In this document: positions 10,136-19,016 of the stretch, piece by piece
Position numbering within the stretch: position 1 is the stretch's first letter
Layout: each line of letters opens with the position of its first letter
Source of the DNA: a virus
DNA: 64,000 nucleotides
Virus record (IMG/VR): IMGVR_UViG_3300043449_002450
Location: 112,182-176,181 of that record
Direction: 5' to 3' (one strand)
Program-made: the position numbers and the translations under genes
The notes under the pieces: model-generated
Database searches by the model: none
What the model saw: the letters and a program-made list of their open reading frames with translations, nothing else
What the model was told of the DNA's origin: nothing

Positions 10136-10925
10136 GGGGCCAGAAGTTAGGATCGTTACAGACGGATTGCGACGCTCTATCCTAGACCAGAAAATTGTAT
10201 CGGCATCTATTATAAGCGGTCGCTATGCTAAGCGCTCGCCTGATGGGTGGAACCTTCTGCAGGTTCCTAGGCAAGTTATTGATGTGAGCTGCAAGGGTAA
10301 ATTTATCTACATGTCTCTTGAAGGCGACACATACCTTCTAAGCACGCTGGGTATGACAGGATCATGGTCATCAAATCTGACTAAGCACAGTCGAATTAAG
10401 ATTGAGCTAGAGAGCGGTGGGACGGTCTACTTCAACGATATGAGAAATTTTGGGACAGTAAAATTGATCTCATCTCGGGACCAGCTAGATAAGAAGCTGA
10501 AAGAACTGGGACCTGATATGCTATCTGAAGACGTGACAGATACAGTCTTTCTTAGATCTATTAGAAGATATAATAAGACACTAGCAGAAGTGTTAATGGA
10601 CCAGAAAGTAGTTTGTGGTGTAGGAAACTATCTTAAATCAGAATCTCTATATTTTAGCGGTCTTGATCCTCACCGTCTAACATCAACTTTAAGTGACGAA
10701 GAAATTAAAAATCTTAATAAAGTCATCAAAAAGGTGATTAGAACTTCTTATGAGACAGGAGGCGCGACGATCTACACTTTCTCCAACTTTGATGGAGAGA
10801 AGGGCGATTACACCAAGCGTTTTGCTGTCTACAATCAGACCCAGGATCCTCTGGGCAACAAGATCAAAAGGGAAACGACAAGGGACGGTCGGACAACCTT
10901 TTGGGTTCCAGGAATTCAAAAATAA
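10128..10925 (+). CDS. Fpg/Nei DNA glycosylase/AP lyase with a zinc-less finger
   Basis: N-terminal PEGPE, KGK, LGMTG, FNDMRNFG, LMDQ..GVGNYL.SE; C-terminal GRTTFWVP lacking Cys. Confidence 0.92.
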   Translation: MPEGPEVRIVTDGLRRSILDQKIVSASIISGRYAKRSPDGWNLLQVPRQVIDVSCKGKFIYMSLEGDTYLLSTLGMTGSWSSNLTKHSRIKIELESGGTVYFNDMRNFGTVKLISSRDQLDKKLKELGPDMLSEDVTDTVFLRSIRRYNKTLAEVLMDQKVVCGVGNYLKSESLYFSGLDPHRLTSTLSDEEIKNLNKVIKKVIRTSYETGGATIYTFSNFDGEKGDYTKRFAVYNQTQDPLGNKIKRETTRDGRTTFWVPGIQK

Positions 10926-10934
10926 GAGGAAAAG

Positions 10935-11180
10935 ATGGAAACAAATAGTTACAAGCTTTCTGATGATGTGATTGGTCAGGTTGCAAAGCTTCTACAGCTA
11001 GCCATTATCACAGGAACAGACGTCGTCGACAATCTCAGGACCCTTAAGGTCAAGCTTGATGTCGATTCTGGTTTGGTTGTTCCAGACCCAGACTACATCA
11101 AGACTTTCGACGAGAACCTAACACGCCTTGTCGCAACAGCAGCGATGGTATCTGCTCATGACGATGAGGGAGAAAACTAG
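10935..11180 (+). CDS. Hypothetical protein
   Basis: RBS GAGGA, operon-coupled. Confidence 0.65.
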   Translation: METNSYKLSDDVIGQVAKLLQLAIITGTDVVDNLRTLKVKLDVDSGLVVPDPDYIKTFDENLTRLVATAAMVSAHDDEGEN

Positions 11181-11554
11181 TGGCCGATAAGCTCGATCTA
11201 ATGTTTGATATGCGGGCCAAGTTCATGGATGAGCTTCGTAAGAAGCACCCGGACGCCTATCCAGACATGCCCGTTGATCTAACTAGCAAGAAGTCGCAAC
11301 AGCACCTCAGGGATCTCGCTCTGCGTGGCGTCGAGGAGGTCTTTGAGGCTGTCCAGCACCTTAAGAACTGGAAGCCACATAGGGAGACTGAGGTCGCCGA
11401 TTTTGATCGCGCGGCTTTCAAAGAGGAGATGGTTGATTCATTCAACTACTTCCTGTCTCTTCTCATCCTGATGGGTGTTACACCGGACGAACTTTACCAA
11501 GCTTACGTCGATAAAGATCAGGTCATACACGGTAGAATAAAAGGTAACTACTGA
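11180..11554 (+). CDS. All-alpha NTP pyrophosphatase (dimeric dUTPase/dCTPase, T4 gp56/MazG-like)
   Basis: EEVFEA..NWKPH..KEEMVD..Y..K. Confidence 0.8.
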   Translation: MADKLDLMFDMRAKFMDELRKKHPDAYPDMPVDLTSKKSQQHLRDLALRGVEEVFEAVQHLKNWKPHRETEVADFDRAAFKEEMVDSFNYFLSLLILMGVTPDELYQAYVDKDQVIHGRIKGNY

Positions 11555-11561
11555 GGATCAT

Positions 11562-12497
11562 ATGAAATTGTCTGACGCGCTCCAGCGCCAGCGTGTGTTT
11601 TCTGATCTGTTCTTTGATTCCACCAAGTTTGATGATGCCAAGCGCGAGGAGATGACAAAGTCTTTCGCGCTTGCATTGCATGGCGAAGTATCAGAACTTA
11701 TCAGCTCGATCAACTTCAAGGACCATCACTCAAATAGGAAAACTCCTGATCGGGAGAAGATCCTATACGAGTCGATCGACGTGATGCGTTATCTCTTCGC
11801 GATCATGAATGTATGGGGATGTGAACCTGACGAGGTCGAGACAGCCTTTGAAGATAAGGACACATTCCTACACATGCGCCATCGTATCGAGAACGCAAAG
11901 TGGGACGGTCGCCCGGTCCTCCTCGTCGACGTCGATGATGTTATTGCGCACTTCAGGAAGGACTACTTCGAGTGGCTTAGCGACAAACACGGAATCAACA
12001 TCCCGTTGGACTATCCGGAATACTACGCATCCTCACCACTGCACGAGCGTGGCATCAACCCAGAAGCTTCCTTTAAGGAATTCATTAGCGAGCGTCGACT
12101 CCGTGTCATCGAGCCCATAGAGGGTGTCCGCGCCGTGCTTAGGGAGGCGCAGAAGATGGGTTTTTGGATCCAGCTTCTGACTGCACGTCCCGACCAGAAT
12201 CTCATTTGCCTCTATGACACCTACCACTGGATAGACAAGATGAGCATCCCATTTGATGGGATTGCTTTCAGCGGTGAAAAATACAGGTGGCTTGTGCAGA
12301 GTCAGTTTTATGGTCATGTAGCAGCATGCATCGATGATTCGCCCAAGCACGCGGCAGAGTATGCAAATCACGGTCTTCTTGTAATCTCACCGAAGCTTTC
12401 GTATAATGAATCATTGAGAGACGTAAAAAACGTCATTCGATATGGCAGCGTCGATGAGCTGCTTGAACAGATCACAGCACTTAAAGAAAAGAGGTAA
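11562..12497 (+). CDS. Fusion: all-alpha NTP pyrophosphatase plus HAD 5'-(deoxy)nucleotidase (NT5C-like)
   Basis: N-terminal GEVSEL..YESIDV..K; C-terminal DVDDVI, LTARP, K, IDDSP HAD motifs I-IV. Confidence 0.75.
   Translation: MKLSDALQRQRVFSDLFFDSTKFDDAKREEMTKSFALALHGEVSELISSINFKDHHSNRKTPDREKILYESIDVMRYLFAIMNVWGCEPDEVETAFEDKDTFLHMRHRIENAKWDGRPVLLVDVDDVIAHFRKDYFEWLSDKHGINIPLDYPEYYASSPLHERGINPEASFKEFISERRLRVIEPIEGVRAVLREAQKMGFWIQLLTARPDQNLICLYDTYHWIDKMSIPFDGIAFSGEKYRWLVQSQFYGHVAACIDDSPKHAAEYANHGLLVISPKLSYNESLRDVKNVIRYGSVDELLEQITALKEKR
12380..12407 (+). promoter_or_regulatory. Internal promoter TGTAA-N17-TATAAT upstream of thyX-2
   Basis: TGTAA 12380-12384, TATAAT 12402-12407; matches the window-wide consensus. 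Confidence 0.55.
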
Positions 12498-12499
12498 AA

Positions 12500-13447
12500 A
12501 TGCCCCAGAATCTAGACCTACAACCTATCACCCTTCCCATGGCGATCCGCTTCGGCGAGAAGCCCACAACCGAGTTTGTCAACAGCCTTGATGCACTCAA
12601 GCTCGAGCTTGTTGACGCTCCGGACCCCTACACCATTCGACAGGCTGTCTACTGCTTTGTCAAGTCGACCTGGGCTGACCAGCATGTTCCATTCCGCGAT
12701 GCATCTGATGCTGATCTCTCGAAGACTCTTGAGGACGTCTTCGCAGGACGTGCTCTTCCTGCAGCGATGGAGCTGATCGGTCTCACCTTCCTCGTGGGTG
12801 GCATCGACACACAGACCGTGACTCACCTCATCCGCCACCGTGCAGGTTCCTTCGCAGCACAGTGCACCGGCGACCGTTGGCTCTCTCACGAGCGCAGCCT
12901 TGTTCCTGGTTCCATCCAGAACAGTCCGGAGTTCTATGCCCGGTGGCAGGCGCATGTCCAGGAGGCGAAGGAGCTCTACACAGACATGGTCGACTCCAAG
13001 CAGATCAGCCTGATGGATGCTCGCCACGTCCTTCCCAAGTGCCTTGAGACCTTCTACTACATGCGCATGAACATCCGTGACGCGTTTGGTTTCATCAAGC
13101 AGCGGCAGGATAAGCAGATCCAGCCCGAGGAGGACAACATCCTCGCAGCTCTCATGGCCCGCGAGATCATCAAGATCTTCCCTGAGGCACACGTGGCGAT
13201 CAACCTCCGCGAGCCTGCCTGGCACTACATCAAGACGTTTCGCAATGGCACGGGCACCAACCTCTACTGGCCTGATGAGGACAGTGAGAAGCACCTTACA
13301 TACCACCCGAACGACACGATCTACCAGGCAACTCGTGACGACATGAATGGCGCGGATGGCGGCGTCCCACACTTCCGCAAGCTCTGGAATGAGATCCTGT
13401 CTGACATCGACACTCTCGTTACTAACTACAAGAATAGCAAGGTATAA
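12500..13447 (+). CDS. Divergent ThyX-like flavoprotein (copy 2)
   Basis: THLIRHRAGSFAAQC (RHR-x7-C instead of RHR-x7-S), DARHVLP, N.R..FIKQR; long N- and C-terminal extensions. Confidence 0.75.
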   Translation: MPQNLDLQPITLPMAIRFGEKPTTEFVNSLDALKLELVDAPDPYTIRQAVYCFVKSTWADQHVPFRDASDADLSKTLEDVFAGRALPAAMELIGLTFLVGGIDTQTVTHLIRHRAGSFAAQCTGDRWLSHERSLVPGSIQNSPEFYARWQAHVQEAKELYTDMVDSKQISLMDARHVLPKCLETFYYMRMNIRDAFGFIKQRQDKQIQPEEDNILAALMAREIIKIFPEAHVAINLREPAWHYIKTFRNGTGTNLYWPDEDSEKHLTYHPNDTIYQATRDDMNGADGGVPHFRKLWNEILSDIDTLVTNYKNSKV

Positions 13448-13449
13448 CA

Positions 13450-13893
13450 ATGAATAACGTCTACATCGCAAGTGGCTGGTTCTCTCCTGAATGGCTCCAG
13501 GAGGTCGAGGACATCAAGAAGGTCCTCGAGGATCTCGACCTCGCTTACTTCTCTCCCAAGGACTATGCCATCGCAGAGGCTGACTCTTCGACTGACACCC
13601 AGAAGCAGATCTTTGACGGCAACGTCAAACACCTTGACACCTGTGACTGGATGGTCTGCAATACCCGCAATAAGGATATGGGATCGATCTGGGAGGCAGG
13701 TTATTTCTACAGTCTCAACAAGCCCATCGTCTACTTCTGTGCAGGTCTACCACCGGGCGCCAAGTTTAATCTGATGCTTGCAGCAAGTGGTGTTGCTGTG
13801 TGCACATCCGTCCAGGACCTACGTGATTATCTTCGTCAGTGCAAGGAGGCAGGCAAGCTCTTGCCACGCACCTACGGCGGATTGATCGAGTAG
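13450..13893 (+). CDS. Nucleoside 2-deoxyribosyltransferase family (NDT/DNPH1/MilB-like N-glycosidase)
   Basis: VYIASGWFS, FSP, DMGSIWEAGY (catalytic Glu), NLML. Confidence 0.85.
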   Translation: MNNVYIASGWFSPEWLQEVEDIKKVLEDLDLAYFSPKDYAIAEADSSTDTQKQIFDGNVKHLDTCDWMVCNTRNKDMGSIWEAGYFYSLNKPIVYFCAGLPPGAKFNLMLAASGVAVCTSVQDLRDYLRQCKEAGKLLPRTYGGLIE

Positions 13894-13906
13894 CCTGCAG
13901 TAATGC

Positions 13907-13948
13907 TTCAAGCCTCACCAACGTGATAAATAGTTGGTGAGGCTTGAA
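13907..13948 (+). promoter_or_regulatory. Perfect 16-bp hairpin with ATAAATA in the loop and the SD plus start codon in the 3' arm
   Basis: ttcaagcctcaccaac 13907-13922 / gttggtgaggcttgaa 13933-13948; loop gtgataaata. Confidence 0.75.
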
Positions 13949-14402
13949 CTATATGGATAGAATGATGATTAGGCGCATGGTTCTGAAAGAGATGCATGAT
14001 CACATGGCGCATGCACATCACAAGCACCGCCACCATGATGAAGAACACGATGATCATGAGGGGCGCGTCTTTCACCACAACGGAGCTGAGGCTGAGAGTG
14101 ACATGATTCACTCCAATCTCTGGACTCTCAAGACACAGGCTTGTGATCTCTACGATATGATCGGAGATAGAGACGATCTTCCAGAGTGGGTCCAGGAGAA
14201 AATAGCTGTTGCTGGATCGATGCTCGATTCAGTCTACGACTATCTTCACTATGAGTATCATGGCGAGGAAGAAGATAGACACGTTCACAGTGATAGAATT
14301 GCTTCTTTTGAGACAGGACACAACTTTGCTTCTGATGCTGATGTTTATGTCGCTCATTTAAATGAAAAGGCGTCGCGGCGCCTTCGCAGAAGAAGAGCCT
14401 GA
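13944..14402 (+). CDS. His-rich hypothetical protein (probable late/virion protein)
   Basis: HDHMAHAHHKHRHHDEEHDDHE tract; LPEWVQEKI..DYL motif; start TTG 13944 or ATG 13953. Confidence 0.7.
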   Translation: MNYMDRMMIRRMVLKEMHDHMAHAHHKHRHHDEEHDDHEGRVFHHNGAEAESDMIHSNLWTLKTQACDLYDMIGDRDDLPEWVQEKIAVAGSMLDSVYDYLHYEYHGEEEDRHVHSDRIASFETGHNFASDADVYVAHLNEKASRRLRRRRA

Positions 14403-14428
14403 ATGTGAATCCAGCCCACGGTCGTGGG

Positions 14429-14456
14429 TGTAAAATAAGGCCACGGTGGCTATGAT
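14429..14456 (+). promoter_or_regulatory. Promoter TGTAA-N17-TATGAT
   Basis: TGTAA 14429-14433, TATGAT 14451-14456; upstream of the epimerase-dnaE operon. Confidence 0.55.
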
Positions 14457-14462
14457 GTGAGC

Positions 14463-15443
14463 ATGAAAGTTCTCATTACTGGCCACCGTGGCTTTATAGC
14501 GTCTAATCTTCCAAGAGCACTCGAGGATCTGGGTCATGAGGTCGTCGCTCCTCATGATATCCACCTGGACTTCAAAATCAAGTCAGGCGAGCATTGCGTC
14601 CACAGGAACTCTGAGGATCATTGGGCGCGTGAGCTTGACTATCACGGCGTCGACGTTGTCATACACAACGCTGCGCTTGTTGGAACAGATGTTGTCGCGC
14701 TTAATCCCTCTGAGGCAACACTTTCTAACGTGACCGGGACATACAACATCTGTCGAGCTGCTGAAAAATCTGGTGCAGCTTTGCTCTATCTGGGCACAAC
14801 TGTGATCTATGACACAGATCGCTATCAAGATGTTGAGATCACTGAGCGATCCTCGCACGGCCCGCAGACGCTTTACGGTTCTCTGAAACTGGCAGGCGAG
14901 CACATCGTCCGCGCACACAGCACGAGGTGGTCGATCGTCCGCCCGCTCTTCTGCTACGGCGGCGTAGGTGACAACAACTCACTGATCGCGAAGGGGTTCT
15001 TTGGTGCTGCCAGCGGCAAGGAGAAGATCGACATGTTCCTCGATCCGAAGAAGATCAAGGACTACATGCGCGTGGAGGACTTCTGCGATGCTGTGGCAAC
15101 TGTCGTGGACAAGGAGCTCTGGAACGATGACTGGAACGTCGCAGCGGAGACGCCTGAGAACACGGGCAAGATCGTCGAGATGATGAGCGAGATCTCGTGC
15201 AAGGATCTAAAGGGTGTGGTAAAATGGCACCCAGGAACCGACTACTTGGGTAACCATCGTCTAAGCTCACAGAAGTTCAGGGATGCATCTGGTTGGTCTC
15301 CAAAGTTCGACCTATATGGTGGCTTGAAAAAGTCATGGAATGACATCCAGCGCAATCTGGGTTCAACGGATTACAATCCCCTCCGCTACCTGGAAGATGC
15401 CAAGAAGCGCGGCCTTGATCTCACACAATTCTTCAACCGGTGA
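14463..15443 (+). CDS. NAD-dependent sugar-nucleotide epimerase/dehydratase (extended SDR) 1
   Basis: VLITGHRGFIA, HNAA, YGSLK (YxxxK), R...YG, DYMRVED. Confidence 0.88.
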   Translation: MKVLITGHRGFIASNLPRALEDLGHEVVAPHDIHLDFKIKSGEHCVHRNSEDHWARELDYHGVDVVIHNAALVGTDVVALNPSEATLSNVTGTYNICRAAEKSGAALLYLGTTVIYDTDRYQDVEITERSSHGPQTLYGSLKLAGEHIVRAHSTRWSIVRPLFCYGGVGDNNSLIAKGFFGAASGKEKIDMFLDPKKIKDYMRVEDFCDAVATVVDKELWNDDWNVAAETPENTGKIVEMMSEISCKDLKGVVKWHPGTDYLGNHRLSSQKFRDASGWSPKFDLYGGLKKSWNDIQRNLGSTDYNPLRYLEDAKKRGLDLTQFFNR

Positions 15444-15449
15444 AATAAC

Positions 15450-18400
15450 ATGAGTATCATTCGACCTCCGGATCGGTTTGTGGGCCTCCATGCCCACTCC
15501 GGTTTCTCGACCATGGACGGCCTCGGCTATCCTGCCCAGCACATTGACTTTGTGCTGAAGAACGGCATGGATGCCTGGGCACTGACAGACCACGGCAACG
15601 GCAGCGGTCTTGCCCACGCTCAGTCACACGCTAAGAAGATGAAGAAGGCTGGCCAGAAGTATCGCCAGCTGAACGGCGTGGAGTTCTACTTTGTCCCATC
15701 GTTGAAGAACTGGGCAGATCAGTATCAAGATCACAAGGACGCTGTCGCTGCCGCTCGTTCTGAGAAGAAGGCGAAGGAGGCGACCGACATCGATGCTGAT
15801 GATGAGGCAGGTGCAGGTCACATCATCGAGAACGAGGACGAGACCAAGGACGCTTCTGCGCTGTCTGTCAAGGATGATGAGTGGAAGCGTCGTTATCACC
15901 TTGTCGTCATTGCCAAGAACAAGCAGGGCCTGTCCAACCTCTTCACTCTTGTCAAGCGGTCCTTCAAGGAGGGGTATTACCGGTTCCCGCGCATCGACTT
16001 TGATATGCTTAAGGAGCACGGCGAAGGCCTCGTCGTCTCGACAGCATGCATCGGCGGAATCATGTCCAACCGCGTCCTCCGCGGCCAGGCAATGCAGAAG
16101 TCTGATGCTGAGATCCAGCGTGATCTCAAGAACCTGACAGATCGATTTGTCGATGCGGTCGGCCTTGAGAACTTCAACCTCGAGATCCAGTTCAATAAGC
16201 TGCAGGCACAGCACGATGTCAACCGCCATCTGATCCAACTGCACAAGAGCACAGGTGTCCCGCTGGTTGCAACTTGCGACAGCCACTATCCTACACCCGA
16301 CAAGTGGAAGACCCGTGAGCTCTACAAGAAGCTGGCGTGGATGAATGCCAAGGAGGAGCCCAAGCCCCTCCCAGCTTTCGATGAGCTGAAGTGTGAGCTC
16401 TACCCGAAGAACGCCGAGCAGATGTGGGAGGAGTTCAACCGCCACACCGATGACTATGCCTTCTACAAGGGCAACGAGGAGCTGGTCCGCGATGCGATCG
16501 AGCGGACCCATGACATCGCCTGGCAGCAGTGTGAGGACGTCTGGGTTGACACGGGAGCAAAGCTTCCTGTGTTCGCAACTCCCGAGAAGAGCGAGTTCCA
16601 GCAGCTTCTGGATCTCGTCAAGGAACGGATGATCGATATCGGCCTGCACGAGAAGCCGGAGTATGTTGAGCGTGTGAAAGAAGAGCTCTCAGACATCAAG
16701 CATCTGGGACATGCCTCTTACTTCCTCACGATGTATAAGATCTTCCATCGTGCAGAGCAAAAGACTCTCCTCGGGCCAGGCCGTGGATCTGCTCCTGGTT
16801 CTCTCGTCAACTACATCCTCGGGATTACACAGATTGATCCGCTTCCGTTCGGTCTCCTCTGGAATCGCTTCCTTGGTCGGCATCGTGTGTCTTGGCCTGA
16901 TATTGACTCCGATGCTGGTGATCGTGACGTTCTTATTGACGCGGCACGTGAGCTCTTCGGTGACGATGCTGTCATTCCCGTCTCCAACTTCAACACCCTG
17001 AAGCTGAAGTCGCTGGTGAAGGACGTCGCGAAGTTCTTCAATGTTCCGTTCGATGAGGTCAATGCGGTCACTGGTCCGCTCCAGGATGAGGTCATGCCAC
17101 ATGCTAAGGATGATGACCAGGAGAAATCGGTCTTCGTTCTGAAGCATGATGACTGCATGAAGTATTCTCCAAAATACAAGGCCTTCATGGAGAAATACCC
17201 GGAGGTGGAGGAGCACGTTAATGCGCTCTTCATGGAGAACCGATCGATCGGCCGTCACGCTGGCGGCGTCCTCGTTGCAGAACCCAAGGCGTTGGCCGAA
17301 GGCATGCCCATCATCGGTGTTCGCGGTGAATTGCAGACACCGTGGACAGAAGGTATGAACTTCCGCAACCTGGAGGATAACGGCTTCCTCAAGTTCGACT
17401 TCCTCGGCCTAACACTGCTCAAGGACGTAGAGAACTGCATCAAGCGGATCCTAATTGGGCAAGGTAATCCTGAGCCGACATTCCTTCAAATCAAGGAGTT
17501 CTTTGACCAGAATCTTAATTGCCGAACGGTCAATCAAGACGATCCTGAAGTTTGGAAGCATGTGTATCATGACGGACGATTTGTCGGTGTCTTCCAGTTC
17601 ACAGCGGACGGTGCAAGGCGGTTCTGCTTGGATGCAAAGCCGACAAACATCGGCGAGCTGGCGGCTCTAACTGCAATCTATCGGCCAGGTCCGCTGAAGG
17701 CGAACGTTCACAAGCTCTATGTCAAGGCCAAGAAGGATGCCGACAACATCAAGTATGACCATCCAGTCATCCAGGAAGTGCTAGGGCCCACGTTTGGTTA
17801 CGTCGTCTTCCAGGAGCAGTTCATGATGCTGGCCCAAAAGCTAGCAGGGTTCTCTCCTGGCGAGGCTGACCAACTCCGCAAGACTCTTGTCAAGAAATCG
17901 CTGGACACGCTGGGCAAGAAGTCTTCTGAGAAGGAGGCTGCACGGAAGCAGTTCATCGACGGTGCGCTTGCTCTGCACGGTGTGCCCGAGAAGGTGACAG
18001 GACCGCTATGGGATACGATCGAGGCGTTCTCGGTATACGGCTTCAACAAGTCACACTCGGTCTCCTACGCGATCGATTCCTACTACGCAGCATGGTTGCA
18101 CACCCACTATGAGAAGGAGTGGCTGGCAACAATCCTACAGTCTGAGACCGGTAATCCCAAGGGCATCGCAAAGGCCATTGCAGAGATCAAGCAGATCGGT
18201 TACAAGTTCGCGCAAGTCGACATTAACTACTCGGGTCTCGAATGGCAATACTCTGAGGAGGCACAGGCATTCGTTGCGCCCCTTACCTCGGTCAAGGGGC
18301 TAGGTGATGCGGCAGTTGCCGAGATCTTCCAGAATCGTCCTTACCGCGGTCTTGATGATCTATTCTTCGATGAGGAAGGTGAGTGGCGTCACTCCAAGCT

Positions 18401-19016
18401 GAACAAGGGTTGCCTTGAGTCTCTAGTTCTTGTTGAAGGTTTCGGTTCTCTCAAGGAAATGCGAGATGGCACACTCAAGAATCACAACCAGCTCCACAAC
18501 CTGCTGTCTTCAAACTATGATGCCCTTCGCAAGGGTCGCATGGGCATGACCAAGACTGCTGCCAAAAAATACGAGAAAGAACACGGGACCAAGCCAGATG
18601 CACTTTCGATGATGATCCCTGAGGTAAATCATATCGAGGACTGGACGAGAACACAGAAGATCGCAAACATCGTGGAGGTCTTGTCCTCTGCGCCAGAGGA
18701 TCTGATCTTCCCGCCCGACATCATGCGCAAGGTTAAGAAGTCACAGGTTCAGGCGCTTTATGACCTCGAACCCGGAGAGCCAGGCATCGTATGGTTCTGC
18801 GCCACAGCAGTGACCAAGAAGGTGACCAAGAATAATAAACAGTTCTATGTGTTCGATACAGTTGATGATCAGAGCCGCACTATTCGACTTCGTGTTTGGG
18901 GACAGTTCAAGACCGAGCCTGAGCCCTACACGATCTGGATGGCTGAGGCTGAACGTGATCCAAATTGGGGACCTTCAACAATGGCATCTAAACTTCGGCG
19001 TGTGGAGACAAAGTGA
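15450..19016 (+). CDS. dnaE: DNA polymerase III alpha subunit (family C)
   Basis: PHP LHAHSGFS..DG, ALTDHG, GPGRGSA, PDIDSD, HAGGV, KFDFLGL, YRPGP, YGFNKSHS; no intein seen. Confidence 0.97.
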   Translation: MSIIRPPDRFVGLHAHSGFSTMDGLGYPAQHIDFVLKNGMDAWALTDHGNGSGLAHAQSHAKKMKKAGQKYRQLNGVEFYFVPSLKNWADQYQDHKDAVAAARSEKKAKEATDIDADDEAGAGHIIENEDETKDASALSVKDDEWKRRYHLVVIAKNKQGLSNLFTLVKRSFKEGYYRFPRIDFDMLKEHGEGLVVSTACIGGIMSNRVLRGQAMQKSDAEIQRDLKNLTDRFVDAVGLENFNLEIQFNKLQAQHDVNRHLIQLHKSTGVPLVATCDSHYPTPDKWKTRELYKKLAWMNAKEEPKPLPAFDELKCELYPKNAEQMWEEFNRHTDDYAFYKGNEELVRDAIERTHDIAWQQCEDVWVDTGAKLPVFATPEKSEFQQLLDLVKERMIDIGLHEKPEYVERVKEELSDIKHLGHASYFLTMYKIFHRAEQKTLLGPGRGSAPGSLVNYILGITQIDPLPFGLLWNRFLGRHRVSWPDIDSDAGDRDVLIDAARELFGDDAVIPVSNFNTLKLKSLVKDVAKFFNVPFDEVNAVTGPLQDEVMPHAKDDDQEKSVFVLKHDDCMKYSPKYKAFMEKYPEVEEHVNALFMENRSIGRHAGGVLVAEPKALAEGMPIIGVRGELQTPWTEGMNFRNLEDNGFLKFDFLGLTLLKDVENCIKRILIGQGNPEPTFLQIKEFFDQNLNCRTVNQDDPEVWKHVYHDGRFVGVFQFTADGARRFCLDAKPTNIGELAALTAIYRPGPLKANVHKLYVKAKKDADNIKYDHPVIQEVLGPTFGYVVFQEQFMMLAQKLAGFSPGEADQLRKTLVKKSLDTLGKKSSEKEAARKQFIDGALALHGVPEKVTGPLWDTIEAFSVYGFNKSHSVSYAIDSYYAAWLHTHYEKEWLATILQSETGNPKGIAKAIAEIKQIGYKFAQVDINYSGLEWQYSEEAQAFVAPLTSVKGLGDAAVAEIFQNRPYRGLDDLFFDEEGEWRHSKLNKGCLESLVLVEGFGSLKEMRDGTLKNHNQLHNLLSSNYDALRKGRMGMTKTAAKKYEKEHGTKPDALSMMIPEVNHIEDWTRTQKIANIVEVLSSAPEDLIFPPDIMRKVKKSQVQALYDLEPGEPGIVWFCATAVTKKVTKNNKQFYVFDTVDDQSRTIRLRVWGQFKTEPEPYTIWMAEAERDPNWGPSTMASKLRRVETK

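Noticed and set aside
12518-13471. 317-aa minus-strand ORF spanning thyX-2 (also 15624-16649, 16689-17258 and 36762-37334)
   Set aside because: Antisense shadows of strongly codon-biased genes that avoid TTA/CTA/TCA; no RBS or recognisable motifs
1867-19016. Inteins or introns in recA, the helicase, nrdJ or dnaE
   Set aside because: Lengths are normal, motifs are contiguous and no C..HN/C intein boundaries were seen
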